Part shown: positions 56,413 through 58,188 of the stretch, piece by piece
Position numbering within the stretch: position 1 is the stretch's first letter
How the letters are laid out: every line of letters starts with the position of its first letter
NCBI GenBank assembly: GCA_964342485.1
Contig: CAYFFO010000009.1
Span: 516-58,703, forward strand
DNA from: an uncultured Dehalococcoidia bacterium
GTDB taxonomy: Bacteria > Chloroflexota > Dehalococcoidia > Lucifugimonadales > CAJWER01
Direction of reading: 5' to 3'
DNA: 58,188 nucleotides
Position numbers and translations under genes: made by a program
The notes under the pieces: generated by a model
Seen by the model: only the letters and a program-made list of their open reading frames with translations
The model's database searches: none
What the model was told of the DNA's origin: nothing

Positions 56413-58188
56413 TTGAAAGCTGAAATTAGAAATATAGCAATTATTGCTCATGTAGATCATGGTAAAACTACACTAGTCGATGCATTATTGAAACAAAGCA
56501 AAGTTTTTGGCGAACATGAAGAAGTGGGAGACCTAATAATGGACTCCAACCCTTTGGAACAAGAAAGGGGAATTACCATATTGGCCAAAAATACTGCAAT
56601 AAACTATCAAAATACGAAAATCAACATAATTGACACACCAGGTCATGCTGATTTTAGTGGTGAAGTTGAAAGAGTTATGAACATGGCCGATGGCTGTCTG
56701 CTGTTGGTCGATGCGGTTGATGGTCCAATGCCTCAGACAAGATTCGTTCTTAAACAAGCACTAGCACACGATATTTTTCCTTTAGTTGTAATAAACAAAA
56801 TTGATAGGCCCGAATCTAGAGTTGCGGAAGTCGAAGAATCAGTTCAAGACTTGTTTTTAGAACTTGCTACAAATGCAGACCAACTCGATTTTCCTGTTTT
56901 ATACGCTTCTGCAAAAAATGGGTATGCTATTTCTAAACAGAATGAGCCACCTGCAGATATGAAACCGTTATTCGAAGCCATGCTGACAAAGGTTCCCGCT
57001 CCCATAGGTGATCCAGATAAACCATTTCAAATGGTAGTGACATCACTTGATTATGACTCTTACATGGGACAAGTTGCGATTGGAAGAGTATACCAGGGAA
57101 CAGCATCTAGTAGAGCCCCTGTAGTAAGGATAAATAGAACTCTTGAAAAACAGTCAAACCAACTGGAGAAAGTGTTTGTATTTCAAGGTTTAAAAAAGGT
57201 GGAAGTTGAACAAGCATTGGCAGGGGATATTGTAGCCCTCTATGGAATAGACGGAGTGTCAATTGGCGACACCATAGCAGATATTGACTTTCCTGAAGCA
57301 CTCCCTTCTATTGAGATAGAGGAACCTACAGTCCAAATGACTTTTGGAGTGAACACATCGCCTTTTATGGGTAAAGAAGGAACACATTCAACTTCAAGGG
57401 TTCTTCATGAACGTCTACTACGTGATTTGAGAACAAATGTAAGTTTGCGTATAGAACAAACTTCAACACCAGACGAATTTTTGGTTTCAGGCCGGGGAGA
57501 ATTACATCTGACCGTATTGATCGAAACTATGCGACGAGAAGGTTATGAATTCCAAGTTTCTAAACCAAAACCGGCCACCAAAATAATTAGTGGAGTTCTA
57601 TACGAACCTTATGAACACCTAACGATAGATACCAGTGACGATTATATTGGTGTCCTTACTCAAGATCTTGCAGATCGATTAGGACAACTAACTGACATGG
57701 TTAACGATGGGACAGGAAATATAAGATTAGAATATGACATTCCTACCCGGGGTTTGATAGGTTTCCAATCAGTGTTTTTAAAATATACACGTGGTACAGG
57801 AGTTATAAATAGTCTTTTTACCGAATTCAAACCTATGGATGGACATGTAAAAGGATCCAGTAACGGAGTTCTAATCGCTTCTCAGAATGGTACTGCCATT
57901 ACTTATGGCTTACTTAATGCTCAGGGAAGAGGAGATACTTTCATAGAGCCAGGAACACCAGTCTATGAGGGTATGGTAGTTGGTGTCCATCCAAAAGATG
58001 AAGATATAACTATAAACGTTTGCAAGGAAAAGAAACTAACTAATATGCGGTCATCTACTGCAGATATAGCTAAAAGACTAAGCCCTATTGTAAAAATGAG
58101 TATCGAAGATTCTTTAGATTTTATAGCCGATGATGAATTAATTGAGATAACACCGGAGAATATCAGAATCAGAAAAAGAATCTTATCG
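56413..58188 (+). CDS. typA: Translational GTPase TypA/BipA (3' partial, not in ORF track)
   Basis: TTG start after GAGG. IRNIAIIAHVDHGKTTLVD, ERGITILAKN, DTPGHADF.GEVER, NKID, GRGELHL, KKLTNMRSS. Runs off the window end. Confidence 0.96.
   Translation, partial: MKAEIRNIAIIAHVDHGKTTLVDALLKQSKVFGEHEEVGDLIMDSNPLEQERGITILAKNTAINYQNTKINIIDTPGHADFSGEVERVMNMADGCLLLVDAVDGPMPQTRFVLKQALAHDIFPLVVINKIDRPESRVAEVEESVQDLFLELATNADQLDFPVLYASAKNGYAISKQNEPPADMKPLFEAMLTKVPAPIGDPDKPFQMVVTSLDYDSYMGQVAIGRVYQGTASSRAPVVRINRTLEKQSNQLEKVFVFQGLKKVEVEQALAGDIVALYGIDGVSIGDTIADIDFPEALPSIEIEEPTVQMTFGVNTSPFMGKEGTHSTSRVLHERLLRDLRTNVSLRIEQTSTPDEFLVSGRGELHLTVLIETMRREGYEFQVSKPKPATKIISGVLYEPYEHLTIDTSDDYIGVLTQDLADRLGQLTDMVNDGTGNIRLEYDIPTRGLIGFQSVFLKYTRGTGVINSLFTEFKPMDGHVKGSSNGVLIASQNGTAITYGLLNAQGRGDTFIEPGTPVYEGMVVGVHPKDEDITINVCKEKKLTNMRSSTADIAKRLSPIVKMSIEDSLDFIADDELIEITPENIRIRKRILS

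Noticed and set aside
1-58188. Selenoprotein (UGA read-through) genes, prompted by selC
   Set aside because: The TGA-ending ORFs I checked end at natural family C-termini with no continuing homology. Trx, IscS and the sulfite-oxidase-like enzyme have ordinary Cys codons. A bSECIS scan would be needed to exclude short ones.

Overview
58-kb, low-GC, gene-dense bacterial chromosomal segment. The gene content suggests a marine Chloroflexota (Dehalococcoidia / SAR202-like) genome: Pro/Thr-linker lipoproteins, tandem mandelate-racemase/enolase-family dehydratases, many oxidoreductases, an unlinked 5S rRNA and a Chloroflexi-style tRNA-Sec. This assignment is inference, not a database result. Layout: (1) 1-12.1 kb, accessory-looking block with a MacAB/YknXYZ-like ABC system, an ankyrin lipoprotein, two paralogous unknown lipoproteins, orphan genes and a GH4 glycosidase. 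(2) 12.2-20.9 kb, minus-strand core block 5S rRNA-rpsA-clpC-radA-larC-iscS-trxA-selC. (3) 20.9-43.3 kb, mostly catabolic enzymes around leuS. (4) 43.4-50.2 kb, plus-strand run nfo, ferritin-like/VIT1, S2P protease, CN-hydrolase, CinA-like, propeller, M14/GH105 fusion. (5) 50.3-56.3 kb, nitrogen-related neighbourhood: amidohydrolase, glnK-amtB, MFS, nitrilase, SEC-C mini-protein. (6) partial typA. I saw no CRISPR array, integrase, transposase, phage or defence gene, and no transcription-factor gene. No single unmistakable novel system stands out. The best leads are the paralogous lipoprotein family, the ABC + ankyrin-lipoprotein module, the nitrilase/SEC-C/Amt neighbourhood with putative operators, and the degenerate-M14/GH105 fusion.
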